A stretch of DNA of 64,000 nucleotides, from contig NC_045707.1 in the NCBI RefSeq assembly GCF_009834535.1, positions 58,034,001 to 58,098,000 on the forward strand, read 5' to 3'. A program made the position numbers and the translations under genes. This document shows, one piece after another, positions 1 to 13,432 of this stretch. The DNA comes from Camelus ferus. Its lineage: Eukaryota. A model generated the notes under the pieces. It saw only the letters and a program-made list of their open reading frames with translations, had not been told where the DNA came from and searched no databases. Every line of letters starts with the position of its first letter. The first letter of the stretch is position 1.

Positions 1-908
1 AAAAAAAAAAAAACCTTAATAATCTGATTTAAAAATGAAATAAAGACTTGAATAGACATTTCTCTAAAGAAGATATACAAAAGGCCAATGGATATATGAA
101 AAAATGCCCAACATCACTAACCATCAGGGAAATTCAAATCAAAACCACAATTAAATATCACCTCACACCTGTTAGAATGATTATTAAAAAAAAAAAAAGA
201 CAAGAGGTGTTGACTAGGATATAGAGAAACTGAAACCCTTGAACATTGTTGGTGAGAATGCAAGATGATGCCACTGCTATGGAAAACAGTATGGAGATTT
301 CTCAAAAACTTAAAAATAGAACTACATATGACCCAGCATCCCACTTGTAAGTATCAATCCAACAGAACTGAAATGAGGTTCACCAAAAGATATTAACACT
401 TTGTTTCACGTGTACTCACAATAGCCAAAATGGGGAAGCAAACTAAATGTTCACCAACAGACGAATGGATAAATAAAGTGTGGCACATACATACAGTAGA
501 ATACTCTTCCACCTTAAAAAAAAAAAAGAAGAAGAAGAAGAAGGAAATTCTGCAATATGCAACATGAATGAATCTTGAGAACATTATGTTAAGAAAAATA
601 AGACAATCATTGAAAGAGAAACATTGAATACTTCCACTTATCTAAGGTAGCTAAAATTATCAAATTCATAAAATCAAATTGTGGAATGGTGGTTGCCAGG
701 GGCTGAAGAGAGGAGGAAATAGGGAATTACTAATCAATGGGGATAAAGTTTCAGTGAAGTAACATAAATAAGCTCTAGAGGTCTGCTGCACAACACTGAA
801 CCTGGAGTCAACAGTGATAAAGAGTACAGTTAAAAAACTGGCTAAGAGGGTAGATCTTCTATTAAGTAATCCTCTCACAGTAAAATAAAATACAATATAA
901 AATAAAAC
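1..908 (+). mobile_element. LINE-1 3' portion (end of ORF2 + 3' UTR + A-rich tail), degraded
   Basis: Typical L1 text (gacttgaatagacatttctctaaagaagatata, atggagatttctcaaaaacttaaaaatagaactac) ending in AAAATAAAATACAATATAAAATAAAA. Confidence 0.9.
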
Positions 909-950
909 TGATCTTTGATTACAGATAGTTCAAAAAGTACCACTATGGAC

Positions 951-1171
951 CAGAGATCAGCTAATTTTTTCTGCCAAGAGTGAAAGAGTAAACAGATGGG
1001 CTTTTCAGGCCAATCAGTGTCTAATACAACTACATAACTCTACCCTCTTAGCTGAAAACAGTCACAGACAATACACAGACAATAAATGTGGCTGTGTTTC
1101 AATAAAACTTTATAATCAAAAACAGATGGAAGGCCAGATTTGATCCACAGGCCGTAGTTTGCCAACCCCTG
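951..1171 (+). mobile_element. MER58A-like hAT-Charlie DNA transposon
   Basis: Contains ggctgtgtttcaataaaacttta and ends gccgtagtttgccaacccctg, matching the MER58A consensus as I recall it. Confidence 0.8.
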
Positions 1172-1179
1172 TTACAGGC

Positions 1180-1292
1180 CATGAACTCCCAGGGAGTAGC
1201 TGTCTCATTTACTTTATTCTTCATTGTCTCCCCAGTCCCTAAAACATTCCTCACAGAACAGGTACACAATAAACATGCGTTGAACAGATGAA
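1180..1292 (+). mobile_element. L2 3' end fragment
   Basis: ...acagaacaggtacacaataaacatgcgttgaacagatgaa resembles the L2 terminal motif. Confidence 0.6.
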
Positions 1293-1518
1293 CAGTCTAC
1301 TTTCTGATGCAGGCACAGCAGATCTTGCTTGAATTGACATACAGGTCATATGTCCAGGGCCACCAATGCTATGAATGACCATGATGAGGATGTTACCTGA
1401 CTACTGTTAACCAGGTTAAAAACACAGATGTTTCAGGGATCAAATATAGTCTGGAAAGCAAAGGCAATCACCATTGCTTGAAAGAAGAAAGGAAGAGGGT
1501 ACTGGCACCTGGAAGTAT

Positions 1519-1992
1519 GTTTTTTTGTTTGTTTTTGTTTACTTTTTTTTAACTGAAGTATACTTGATTTACAATGTTGTATTAGTTTCTGGTGTACAGC
1601 ATAGTGATTCAGTTATACACATATGTATTCTTTTTCATTATAGGTCATTACAAGCTATTGAATATAGTTCTCTGTGCTATACAGTAGGACCTTGTTTATC
1701 TATTCTGTATATAGTAGTTTGTATCTGCTAGCCCCAAACTCTTAATTTATCCCTCTCCCCCAACCCTTTCCCCTTTGGTAACCATAAGTTTGTTTCCTAT
1801 GTCTGTGAGTCTCTTTCTGTTTAGTAAATAAGTTTATTTGTGTCTCTTTATTTAGACTTCACATATAAGTGAGATCATATGGTACTTTCCTTTCTCTTTC
1901 TGTCTTACTTCACCTAAAATGATAATCTCCAAGTCCATCCATGTTGCAGCAAATGGCAGTATTTCATTCTTTTTCATGGCTGAGTAGTATTC

Positions 1993-2036
<44 letters not shown>

Positions 2037-2423
2037 CACAAATTCTTCATGCAGTCATCTGTTGATGAACATTCAGTTTGCTTCTATATTTTGGCAATTG
2101 TACAAGAATGCTGCTATGAACATTGAGGTAAATGTACCTTTTTGAATTAGAGTTTCCTCCAGATATGTTTACAGTTGGGATTGCTGGATCATATCATAAG
2201 TCTATTTTTAGTTTTTTGAAGAATCTCCATACTGTTTTCCATAATGTTGTACCAAAAATTCCCACAACTGTGTAGGAGGGTTCCCTTTTATTCACACCCC
2301 CCCCCAGCATTTATCATTTGTGGAATTTTTAGTGGTGCTCATTCTGACTGGTGTGAGGTGATAACTTCATTGTTGTTTTGGTTTGCATTTCTCTGATAAC
2401 TAGAGATATTGAGCATCTTTCCA
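1519..2423 (-). mobile_element. 5'-truncated cetartiodactyl/camelid LINE-1 with TSD
   Basis: T-rich tail, then tgaagtatacttgatttacaatgttgtattagtttctggtgtacagc. TSD TGGCACCTGGAAGTAT (1503-1518) / TGGCACTTGGTAGTAT (2424-2439), followed by a TTTT/AA endonuclease site. Internal (GT)20. Confidence 0.92.
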
Positions 2424-4089
2424 TGGCACTTGGTAGTATTTTAAGGAAGTTGTGAAAGTTTCGGAAGGATGATAGGGGAAGCTAAAAGGAGTGTTTGACA
2501 CATTGCACACTGAGGTTGGAGAGCATGAGTGAGAAGTGGCAATGACCTAGAGGGCAACAGTGTCTTCTAACAAGGCCCTGAGCTTAGTCTTCCAAGTAGC
2601 TTAGCCTAGAAGGAAGACTGTTGAATAGATTCATGTCCCTTTCCTCTTTAAAAACCTCAGGAGTGTGAAGGAGACCACAAGTTTTTCAAGGCACCTCTAA
2701 GCCCACTGAGTAGACACTGAGAGCAAGGCTCACAATCACGAGTTGAAAAAAATTTAAGGACAAGAAATTATCATTGAAATTAAACAGCAGCAGACACGTC
2801 CAAGGAATAATGTGGGAATCTGATCCCTTTCTGAATCTTGTGGTAGATGAAAGTGTGAAGACCACATCCAGGGGAAACAGAACAGTATTGGAGTGGGGAA
2901 AATACAAGGAAAGAGTATCACATTAGAAGCCTAGGAAAGAGAATAAATAATGTCCGTGTTCTGCAGAGAATCAACTGCTCCACATGTCCCATCTCTAAAG
3001 GGCCTCTTTCATTGTGAATAAAAATCAGGTTGTGTACATTTGTCATATAATTTTTTTTGAATTTTTTTTAAAAAGCCGAAACCCTTATAACTGCCAAGAT
3101 CAGGTCCAAAATCCTCTGACTGACACAGAAATCCTTCAAGATTTGGTCCCAATCTACCTTCCTCGCCACTTCATGCCAAGAACCTCTTCTCCAGTATGTA
3201 CTGTTCCCAGAGCCACATCAGGCCACTTCCTTTTAGCCTCATCATGCCTGGTGATTCCACATCTCGTCATCTTTCCTCTAGTTATTCTCCACCCTGCAGT
3301 CTTTCTCTTCCTCTCCATCCAGCAAATTCTTGACCCCTTCAGAGACATACACTGTGAAGCCTTCATGGCTCACTAACCCAGATAGTTTGTCTCTCATTCC
3401 ACTGCTCTGCCCTTACATTCTCTCCCAATTATTCATTTGCATGTCTGCCTTCACACTGAAACAGGGAGCTCCTTGAAAGCCAGTTTTAATATTCTGGTGC
3501 TTAAGCAGAACTGGCAAAAATGCAAATAGCCCATGATGCTGCATTTAAAGCAATTAGAGCAGCATTTTGTCCTGCATTCTCTCTTGCTACCCTAATTTTC
3601 TTCCTGCACTTATCCCTTCCCAGCTGAACCTTCTATTTTGCTCTTCTCAGACCCAAATGCAAGAGAAAACATCTCTATGCAAAGTTGATAAACTTTTCTG
3701 TAAGAAGGGCCAAATAATTGTGTCCATTGTGTTTTTAAATTATTGAATACCCACACTCACAAAGACCTTTTAGAGGACTTTTCAATCCCATGTGCATTTT
3801 CAGGGAAGTGTATCTAATATGTTTCTATTAGTTAATGTACATTTAACGTATCAATGTAATGTGCTTTGAGTCATTATATTCCAAATAGAATGCATTGTCT
3901 TAGGAAGCACAACAATCTACTTTTCTCTATTAACAGGGTGTTGTTTTTACCAACTGAAACTTGACACATAATAATATTAATTAAAACAAAATTCTCGTTT
4001 CTTCAAAATAAAGTTTCCATATGAACATAATGGAATTCAGGATCTTTGGGTTAGCACCATCAGGGGGCTACAATGGAACCTGACCTTGA

Positions 4090-4222
4090 CTTTCTTTCCT
4101 TCCTTCCTTCCTTTCTTTCTTCTATCCTTCCTCCCTCTCTCCCTCATTTTCTCTTTCTCTCTCCCTCCATCCCTTTCCTTTTCTTTCTTTTTCCTTCTTC
4201 CTCCCTTTCTTTCTTTTTCCCT
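4090..4222. repeat. Polypyrimidine (CT-rich) low-complexity tract
   Basis: About 130 nt almost entirely C/T. Confidence 0.9.
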
Positions 4223-6022
4223 ATTTGCTATATTATGAAACAGTTTGATATCATAATATTTTCATTTTATCAAAATAAAAAATATTTTTCTAGTCATTTG
4301 AGGTTACATGGAACACCCTTAAAAGACGTAGCACCAAAATGAAACAGTTTGAATGCTGCAGTTAAATAAACATCCTTCTGAACATAACCTTTTGATCTTT
4401 TATTTCATAATAAATCTGGAAGTAGATTCATTCTTCCCAAATTTTTCTTACTTAGAACAGTTATAAAGGTACAAATTTTCCTTTTGTGGCCCCTCAAACA
4501 AAATGACAGCTGTGACAAGTGATACTAATTTTCAAACAGACATGCTTAGACAACTATCTCCTCAAGAAAATACTATGTTGGACATGGAGAAAGATGACAA
4601 AAAGTTAGTTTTGTATATCTGGAGAACCCACTAGAGGTGGCCCAGCTCTCAGCAGGGAAATGAAGGAGGGGCTCAGCTGTGATAATAGACTCATCCATGG
4701 GAGTGGGACAGACTGGCTCCCAACTCAGCCACAGGTGTTGGGAGGAGGCCCTGTGAGAGAACAATACTCAGTATCTAAAACATCGCAACAAACAATGGGG
4801 GTAGCCTAGGAAAGTCCTCCTGCAGGTGGACTTTACAAGGAATTAGGAACACTCTTAACCATGAAATGCCAAATGACTATAGATGAGTCCTCCAGAAGTT
4901 CACAAAAAAGCTGAGAGCCATTAAGTTATGTCAGCAATACCAATGAGATCAGACAATTGATGCTGTCATAATCTAAGTCTCTAGGACCAAGCAAGATTTA
5001 AGGCTACGCATCAGAATTTCAGGGACCAGTTCCATACAGTGACTCAGGCCCCACATGTCAAGGTGGGTGTCCCCTTATTAGAACTGAGGCACCAAAGCAG
5101 AAACCAATTTAGAAGCAAAAATCATGATGCTGCATCACAGAGTTCTGTAGATTACTGCTACCTCTTCTCAATATTGGTCCTGAAGGTTAAGGTGAGGTTG
5201 ACTATGCTTTGGGGTTCACATGTAATCAGTAGTGTGGAGGAATGTACTGTAGAATCCAACAAAAAAGACTCAGAATTGGTCCCTGACCTCACGGCTTATG
5301 CTGCAAGAACTGAGAGAGGGAAGGGGGAGATGGTCCCCAAGAGGAAACACGAGTTACTGTTGGACCACAGGAAGAGTTCACGGATATCAAGTTGGCAAAA
5401 ACAAAAACTGTCCCCAACTGTGAGATTCAACACAATGCTGTTGTCTAGTGAATAAAGAGTAGGAAAATGATGGTATATATTCTGAGAGATTTAAGCTATA
5501 GAGCCATCCCAAACCATTAACTTCTGTGGGATTCGTGTGATTTCAGTGTATTGGACAGGACTAAAGCCTTCACCATTTGCTGAAAGTTCTAAGTGCTCTT
5601 TGGACCGATGATTGAGTCTCATATGTGAATACAGTAATGAACTTTGCTCTCTTAATTTTCTTCTCTGTCTCTCTCTCTCTCTCTCTGGCTATTGAAATCT
5701 AGAATTCTAAAGCTATAAGCACATGCTTACCCCTTATAGTATACATATAGCAAGTGCTTCAAGAACTTACGACTATTCTTTCTAGTACTGCAAGGTCAAT
5801 TCAGCTAATTAGTGACACACTAAAGAGACAAGGAGAGAAATACTATTTGAGATCAAACTCATAGCTATTGCCCATCTAGCCCAGGAGAAGGGAATGGGTT
5901 GATTCTATGATAGCAACCACCCAAATCTAGAAATATGATCCCCAAATAATCCCCAGCTTCCATTTACAGTAATTATGGGTTTTCAGCATGAGCCAAGGGT
6001 ACTTTTTTTTTTTTCCCCAAAA

Positions 6023-6185
6023 TCATGCCTTTTCTAACAACGAGGTAAGACCCATAAGTGGGTTATAAAATCATTTCGGTGGGTGGGACTAGATTTTTTT
6101 AGATTTTTTAATTAAACAGAAAAGAATAAAATAGAACTGAAGAGTAGAGAAGATAAGTAAACAGAAGAAAGAAAACTTGTTTTAG

Positions 6186-6227
<42 letters not shown>

Positions 6228-6280
6228 GGTTCCTACATAAAACACATTCTTTTCCTGAGAATTACAGTTTGAAAAATATA
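6023..6280. mobile_element. Old hAT-Charlie-like element containing a (GT)n at 6188-6224
   Basis: Shares gacc.at.agtgggttat.aaatc and a gaataaaa block with the element at 18578-18810. Confidence 0.5.
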
Positions 6281-7479
6281 GTCACAGACATCGATATGGA
6301 TATAAATACAGAGATATATAAAAGAAATAGCTGGCAAACTCCCCCCAAAATACTATCACCCACCCCATGGAAGGCTGTAATATTCTCCACTGTAATATTC
6401 ATGGGCATCTACAAAAATACAATTATAATAAAAATGACTACTTTTGACAAGACCAGGGATAACTAGAAGTTAAAACATAAAAACAGGTTACTTAAAGTTT
6501 GAAAGGTAAACGTCAAACTTAAACTTAACTTCTCAAATCTTAATTTTCTCATGTTAAAAAAAAAACAGGGATAATTCAAAGAATGTCTAAGTTCTGAAAA
6601 TACTTGATTCAATTCAATTCAATTATATTCTATTCTTGTTCTGCAAACTCCAAATCTGAGTATTGTCATTCACTTTCGTCCAATTCTAACGTCAAACATT
6701 TTTCGTACAAAACGTGTATGGTGTCTCTTTTATTTTGTTTCTTTTTTCCACTAGAGAATGAATTCCCATTCAACAAAAAAAAAAAAAAGCAGAAGAAAGA
6801 AAATCACTTTTAGGCCTAGCATTTAAAACAAACAGTGAGGATTTTCCTAAGCAGCATAAATTATCCAATACTTTCAGAGAGATTTACTTTAAACTCTAAG
6901 ATAAGGACAAGTTTAGAGATTACGTTATACGGGGTTTTCTGTTTGACTTATTTTAGATCTTTGAATTATGCAGAGCTATACAAATGCACTCGCTGATAAA
7001 ATGAAGAGCAAATCAGTACAACATTGCAGTGTCAGCCTTTGTGTTGGCAGAAATGCCCACTGATATTTTGGAGTGGGGGTGAACACTGGAATTCCTTTTA
7101 AACAGAATATCAGCTGCATAATTCTCCTCTGATCTCACACCCACTTGTGCCGATCTTCCTTTTTCTCTGTCCAGGCCCAGGGTGGAAAGAGATCAGAACA
7201 CAGTTCTTCCAGGGAGGCAGTCTGATCCTCCACTCCCATTCTGCTCAAACTCCAGTTCAAAGATAGAAATGAAATCCAAGCAGGGTGTGGTTACACTTGT
7301 GGGATGTGAGTTTGGCCAGAGCCCGCGTATTGTTATCTCATCTGTTCTGTCCCCTCCCTGAGTTCTCAAAGTCCTATCTCTGATTCATTCTTTCTCAACT
7401 CTCTGAACCTTGAACGGAAAGAACTGCATTTCAGACCTGGAGCAGAGTGACCAGTAGCATCTAAACCCAAATCCTTGCT

Positions 7480-7975
7480 GTGGTCCCTCTGGGGCTTCAT
7501 CGTCGGTCCTCGGCCTGTAAAGGTGACCTCCTCTCCTACAACCCTCCCCTTCCCTGCACTGCCCTTCTCGGGAGCCTCGGACACACCCAGCATGCTCCTG
7601 CCACACATGCTGTTGCCTCTGCCTACAAAGCTCCTCCCTTCAGTTTCTGCATGGCCTCATTCAGATCTCTTTGGCCTCATTCTGATCTCTGCTGTACCAC
7701 TGAATCTAGAACTTCCCTGACCCCGTCACTCTGTATCCCGTGTACCTCTCTCTGTTTTTCTTCACAGCACTTAAGTGCTTCACTTGATTTCTTCCGTTAC
7801 AAACATGGGCAAACATAAAGTCAGAGGCACCTAAGTCGGTATCCTGTCTCTGCCTTTGCTCTGATCTTGGATAAATTACATACTTGTATCCCTTTGATTC
7901 CATTTACTTATTGGTACAAATGAATTGCTGTATGGGTCAAATGGAATTAAATGTAAAAGCTCTGAACTCAATGCT
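7480..7975. mobile_element. L2 fragment followed by a MIR fragment
   Basis: L2-like catgctcctgccacacatgctgttgcctctgcct; MIR core-like ctctgatcttggataaattacatacttg. Confidence 0.55.
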
Positions 7976-9869
7976 TTGTTATATTAGAATTCAAGTTTCA
8001 GAAGGTCAAGGATTTTGTAGGTGTAAGGTAGTATTTTAACCCCACCAGAACAGGACTGAGAATTGGTTTAATAAACATATTTTGAAGGAAGGAAAAGAGA
8101 GAGGGAGGGAAGGAGAGAGGGAGACACAGAGGGAAGGAAGGAAGGAGAAAGGGCAGTTATGTGCTCAATTTAAATTGTGATCATTGTTATTCATTTTTTT
8201 CCACCAAAGTGGCTCTGAAATGCTTCTACGGAATAATATATTTATAAGAAATAAATATGCATCTAAATTTTCCTAATGCACAAGAGGTCCTCAGCTTCCT
8301 TCTCACCATCTGGTTCCTGAAAGTTATTTAGTCCTTATTTCTAATGACGTCTGAAAACAAGAAAATAAGGTAAAACGTGAGAAGTAACATCTTGAAGCTA
8401 AGACAGCAGTGACACCGGTCAGACAGGCAATAGTTGAGACCCTGAGTCCAGAGAGGCCTGCTGAAGTGAGATGGCTAATCTAGCTGATGGTCTGTAACTA
8501 GGAAGGTCTCTGGACATTCTGGACTTTGCAGGAAATTTTGCATGTTCTTTCCATGGGAGACCAGCAAGCAAAGGCCAGAATCAAAGGCATCTGTCAACAG
8601 GTAACAGGCAAAAGTCCAGGGAAGCATCAAGTCAATGTCATGGATGTGTAACAGTGGTCCTCCAGCTAACTGTGAGCTCCACAAGGGCAGGGGCCTAGCC
8701 AATTCCTGAGTAGAGTATTGTACATCCTCAATGATTATTTATTGAGTGAGTAAATTATAAGTCAAGGAAGATCATTTTTCAGTTGAAGGTAACAGCCCCA
8801 ACACAAGTTCTCTTAAACAAAAAACAATATAACTAAGCAGGCCAGGTTTCAATTTGACCGCAGAAGCAAGGGAATGCCAGGCTCAAATATAAACATTAGG
8901 ATATGGTCTCTCCAGCTTTTGCTTTGGATGACTTTCATTTGCCAACCACCAGCACGTCCCAGGGCTACACGCTTTCTTAGTCACAACCATCAGGAAAACT
9001 CACAGGCAGGAATTGCCTGTGCTTGGGACATACACCATTTTTTGAGCCAATCACTGGAGCACTGCAGTTAAGGGAATACAAAGTGCTGATTGTCTGAAAC
9101 CTCTTGGAGAATAGCATAGGGTAAGCTTCAGAGTAACTGCCTGTGCTGACAGAAAAGACGGGAGGTGGGTACAATTCATTAAAGGGAAATCTGGTTAAGG
9201 TCATTTCTGAGCAGAAGTGTGAGTGAATCCAGACTTTGCAAACAACAAATGTCAACACTGAGGCAGCAGGCCCAGGCATGAGGGAGTCACCCTGAATCAG
9301 CACAGTTCTGCAGCAGGGACCCAAGAACGAGGGCTAGAATAGCCTCCAGTCCCTGGGAGCATTGAGGCAATGCCATAGGACTTGGAGTGCAGCTTGGGTT
9401 AACCATAGAAGTGTGACTCAGTCATGAGCCAGCGTGACTAGGAACTGTTACTAAAACCAAAGGGAAGAGCAAAACTGTAGGTGAAGTTAAAGTGGGACCA
9501 GCCTCAAGACTGATTTGATATCAAGCTCTCAGATGCTTCCTTTGAATGAGAACATGGTTGGCTTTGGTGAAGCCGAGGTGGTAGTAGCATTCAGTGATGA
9601 ATTAGAGGATGAAGGAATATTTAGGATGTTGGATGTAGAATGATCAGGGTGATAATAAGGTTCAGACTCTCCCCATGTGGACTCATTTATTATCCTCTTA
9701 TTCCACTAGGTCTTAAAAGTCCGCTCCAGTAATAACTTTATTCAATCCTTAGTTTTTATGACATTTGTTTGATATTGTTTTTATGACAGTAAATAAAGTA
9801 AAACATGAGAAGTAACATGCTAAAGCTAGGCTAGCACTTTAACTTTAAGCATGCTTCAGACTCAAACTG

Positions 9870-10470
9870 AGTATTGGACATGTCTCCAATGATGGGCCGC
9901 AGATACCCCTGCTTCCCACTTCATCTCCCATTTCTCCTTGCCCCAACAAATACAGTATTTTCCTCCAAAACTGGTTTTTCTCCTATACTTCTAACCTCAA
10001 TTAATAGCAACTTTATTTAAGCCAGAAACCTGTTCATCATCTCTGTCTTTCTCTGTCTATGCATGTGTGTATGTTCATATCTATCTACCTCTACCTCCAT
10101 TTCTTCTCCTGTCAAATCAGTCATCAAATCCTGCCTCTTATATTTCCTTCATATTGCTCGATTCCAACACACCACTAAACTGTTGCCCTGATTCAGATCC
10201 TTATCATCTTTTGTGTAGGGTACTTCAGTTGTCCCCAAACTGGATTCCCTAACTTGAGGTGAACATTCCTGAAAACCATAGTCCATATAGTTTCTCTGTG
10301 TTCCCATAGCACGCTGTGCCTGCTTTCTACTTAACATTTACAATATCATATTGTGATTATGGTTTTATGTGTCTGTCCCCCTTACAAGATACTAAATTTC
10401 TCAAATGTGAGAGTTCATCTTTGAATCCTCAATACCTAAAACAGTGTCTACAGAAGTGGACCAAGTCATT
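9870..10470 (+). mobile_element. L2 fragment
   Basis: aagccagaaacctgttcatcatctct...aatcagtcatcaaatcctg...atctttgaatcctcaatacctaaaacagtgtct. Confidence 0.6.
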
Positions 10471-13166
10471 GATTGTTTATATACTTAAAGGCAAGACTAG
10501 ATCAATAAGTACTTCCAACTCTCTGCTAATCAATCATACAGCCACAAACAAAACATCAATAGTGCCTTGTTTGGGGATAACTGGGTAAAGAGTTTTTCCT
10601 TGGCGCTTGTAGTGCAATGGGCCAGACTTTTTCTGAATTAGTAGACAAAATTCTATTTTATTGGAATCTTCTGATTAGACTACCTGATTTACTTTCATCA
10701 GCAATTTGCAGATGCAGTGGCTTGAGGTTCTGAAATATGCATTTTACATACATGAAGATGAAAAAAACCCTCCAAACTTGGGCTGTCTCCCTTAATTATA
10801 ATTATAGACAGCCTACTTTGCATCATCATTCTGAAGAAGATCCAGAATATCTTTCACATCAATTTGAAAACTCTATCATAATAGTCTAGCCTCACGTAAG
10901 TAATCAAGAAAACTCCAAGTAAACAGGAACATAGCACTCTTATTATGAGCAGACAATGAACTTTCTTCTGAATTTATGAATTAATATACTTAGTTATGTG
11001 TAATAACTTTGGCTCACCTACTTAAATGATGCTTTGATTATGTAAGTTAATGAAATTTTTAATCATGTTTCTAGGTTACCATGTGTGTTTATCTTTGTTT
11101 TGATTGTGATATTGGACCTGCTTTAACTATTCAGACAAGAGATATTACATAATATGTTTATAGGTATGTGTTTATAGTAAAATTGCTTAGATGAATCTGT
11201 GATAGGCTCTGATCCTTCTAATGAGAATTTTTTAATGTGTCTTCTTACTCTTCTCTGCAAGACAGTTCATTTGAAAGTAAAAAGATGTTATCATTTTAAA
11301 AGGGTAAAAGTACTTTTATTGACATTTTGTATACTGTTTTGTATACTGTGACTAAAATCTCTTTTTAAGGAATATTTTTTCTTTCTTTTTAAAAAATAAG
11401 TGTGACATTAGAGAATGTTTATCTTATAACTCCAATGTATGACTCAGAAGCAATATTGATGAATTTGCTTAGGACATAGCCTTAGTGCTGTGTGAAGAAA
11501 AGACTATAGGTAATGGATGCTTTATAGAAACAAGTGATCTGAAGTTTATCTGAAAGTTCAAGGGCAAAAAAAGGGCACAGGTTAGGGATAATGTTATTTT
11601 CAGAAGTATATTGGTATATTTCAGAGCTAACCAAATATGCAAAATGGATTGTCAAGTCATTCCAAGAACTTTTAAGTTTGGTTCTTTAAAAATAATACAT
11701 TATGCTATTTAATGATTTATACATTTTTCTGTAGGAATGCATTATACTTCAATTTTAAAAGCTTACTTACAAAATGTACACCCTCTAACACATATAATAG
11801 GCACCTGAAATGATGACAATTTTAAATTACCAGTCCAAAAAATATTCATTATTTTTTATCTTTTCCTCAACATGCCTCTTTAATTTATGACAAGGACTGG
11901 CTGTTCCTACTAATGATACACATTGTGTTGGTATGTGTTAGAAGTTAAATGAAGATAAGAATTGTAAAGGCAAGATTTCTGTCACTTCCAAATGGCCTGC
12001 TCTAATAAGCTCTGGAAACTCTAATCATTTAATGTTTACACATGATTTACTAGACAACCAGGACTAGGTTGAAGATATATTAGAGCTTTATCTGTAGAAA
12101 TATGGACCCTGGCCTTTCAGATTTGCAAGTATGCAGTGACAACATGCATAGTGTTACACAGTGCCTGTGTGTGTGTGTGTGCGCGCGTGTGTGCATGCGC
12201 ATGTGTGCATATAATAAAACAGAGATTGAAAGAAAGAGAGAGAGGCCAGTTTTTTCCCCCAGTGAGTCAGTGGTGTTAGGTCAGTAAAAGTAATATTCTT
12301 ATCTCACTTATGAAGTGGAAACAAGTTCACATGCCAATGGGTGGTGTGTCTATTGATACTGGTGAAGACTTCACTCCAAATATACAAATTGTATGAGTTT
12401 TCCTAATAAATATTCAACACATATTAAATAGTTATGACTCCTTTTCTTATTTTTACAATAACGTGATTATCTACAGCTAGCGTTCAATGTTTTATGCAGT
12501 GGAGAAAGAAGAGAATATGACAATTTAGGGTTAAAATGAAGGACCACAAACTAGTATATCACAAGGCAAATCCACCTAGCAGGATAGATTTCTTTGACAA
12601 ACACAATGCTTTTAAAAATGACTTACCTCCCAGCATTAAGTGATTTGGAGATTCTGTGAAAAATCTACATGAGGAGTTTGTCTTGACAAACAGAAGCTCT
12701 GGAAATACTGGACTCTCGTAACTACACGGACTGAGCGAAACGCTGCTACTTCTTTTACACCGAGCTTGGCTCTTTAGTTCAAGATCGTCTCCATGCCATT
12801 CACAGCCTGTTTCATCCATGTTACCTTGCCTGGCTCTTACAGATGTGAGGTTGCTATCCTGGGTTTCCATGGAGAGTCCAATTTAATTGTCTGCTAAATT
12901 GGTTAGATCAAAATTTATTTCCCCAGTTTCCTTCCCAACCTATAGTGGAGGATATTGGTATTTTAAAGTTTTCCATTTATTAGATTTCAAAATGAGCCTT
13001 TTTAAGTGTCTTACGATGCTTTAAACAGACACAAAACAAAATCCTTTATATTGGTTGTTTTTCAACCAGACTCAAGTCTTTCTATTTAATGGATTATCAG
13101 TTTTTAAAAATATATATATTCAAGTTTCCATATAAGTACTTACTCCTTTATTAGAAAAGCAGTCTT

Positions 13167-13432
13167 TTTTTAACTCATCTTTCCTCATTTATTTACTTAT
13201 TTTTATTGAAGTATAGTTAATTTACAATATTGTTAGTTTCTCATGTACAGCCAAGTGATTCAGTTATATATAATATTTTTCATATTATTTTCCACTGTAG
13301 TTTATTACAAGATATTGAATATAGTTCCCTGTGCTATACAATGGGACCTTGTTGTTTACCTATTTTATATATAGTAGTTTGTATCTGCTAATCCCAAACT
13401 CCTAATTTATCCCTCTCCCCTACCCCAGCCAC
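13167..13432 (-). mobile_element. Short LINE-1 3' end with TSD
   Basis: Same family as 1519-2423. TSD TAGAAAAGCAGTCTT (13152-13166) / TAGAAAAGCAATCTT (13433-13447). Confidence 0.9.

Noticed and set aside
117..2126. Short ORFs in L1 sequence (also 34651-34975, 42787-43008, 57343-57543, 63603-63791)
   Set aside because: Translations of degraded L1 ORF2/3' UTR, mostly antisense.
5039..5455. 138-aa ORF (also the 135-aa ORF 15381-15788 and 130-aa ORF 36857-37249)
   Set aside because: Non-ATG starts, no recognisable homology or exon structure; probably repeat-derived or chance.
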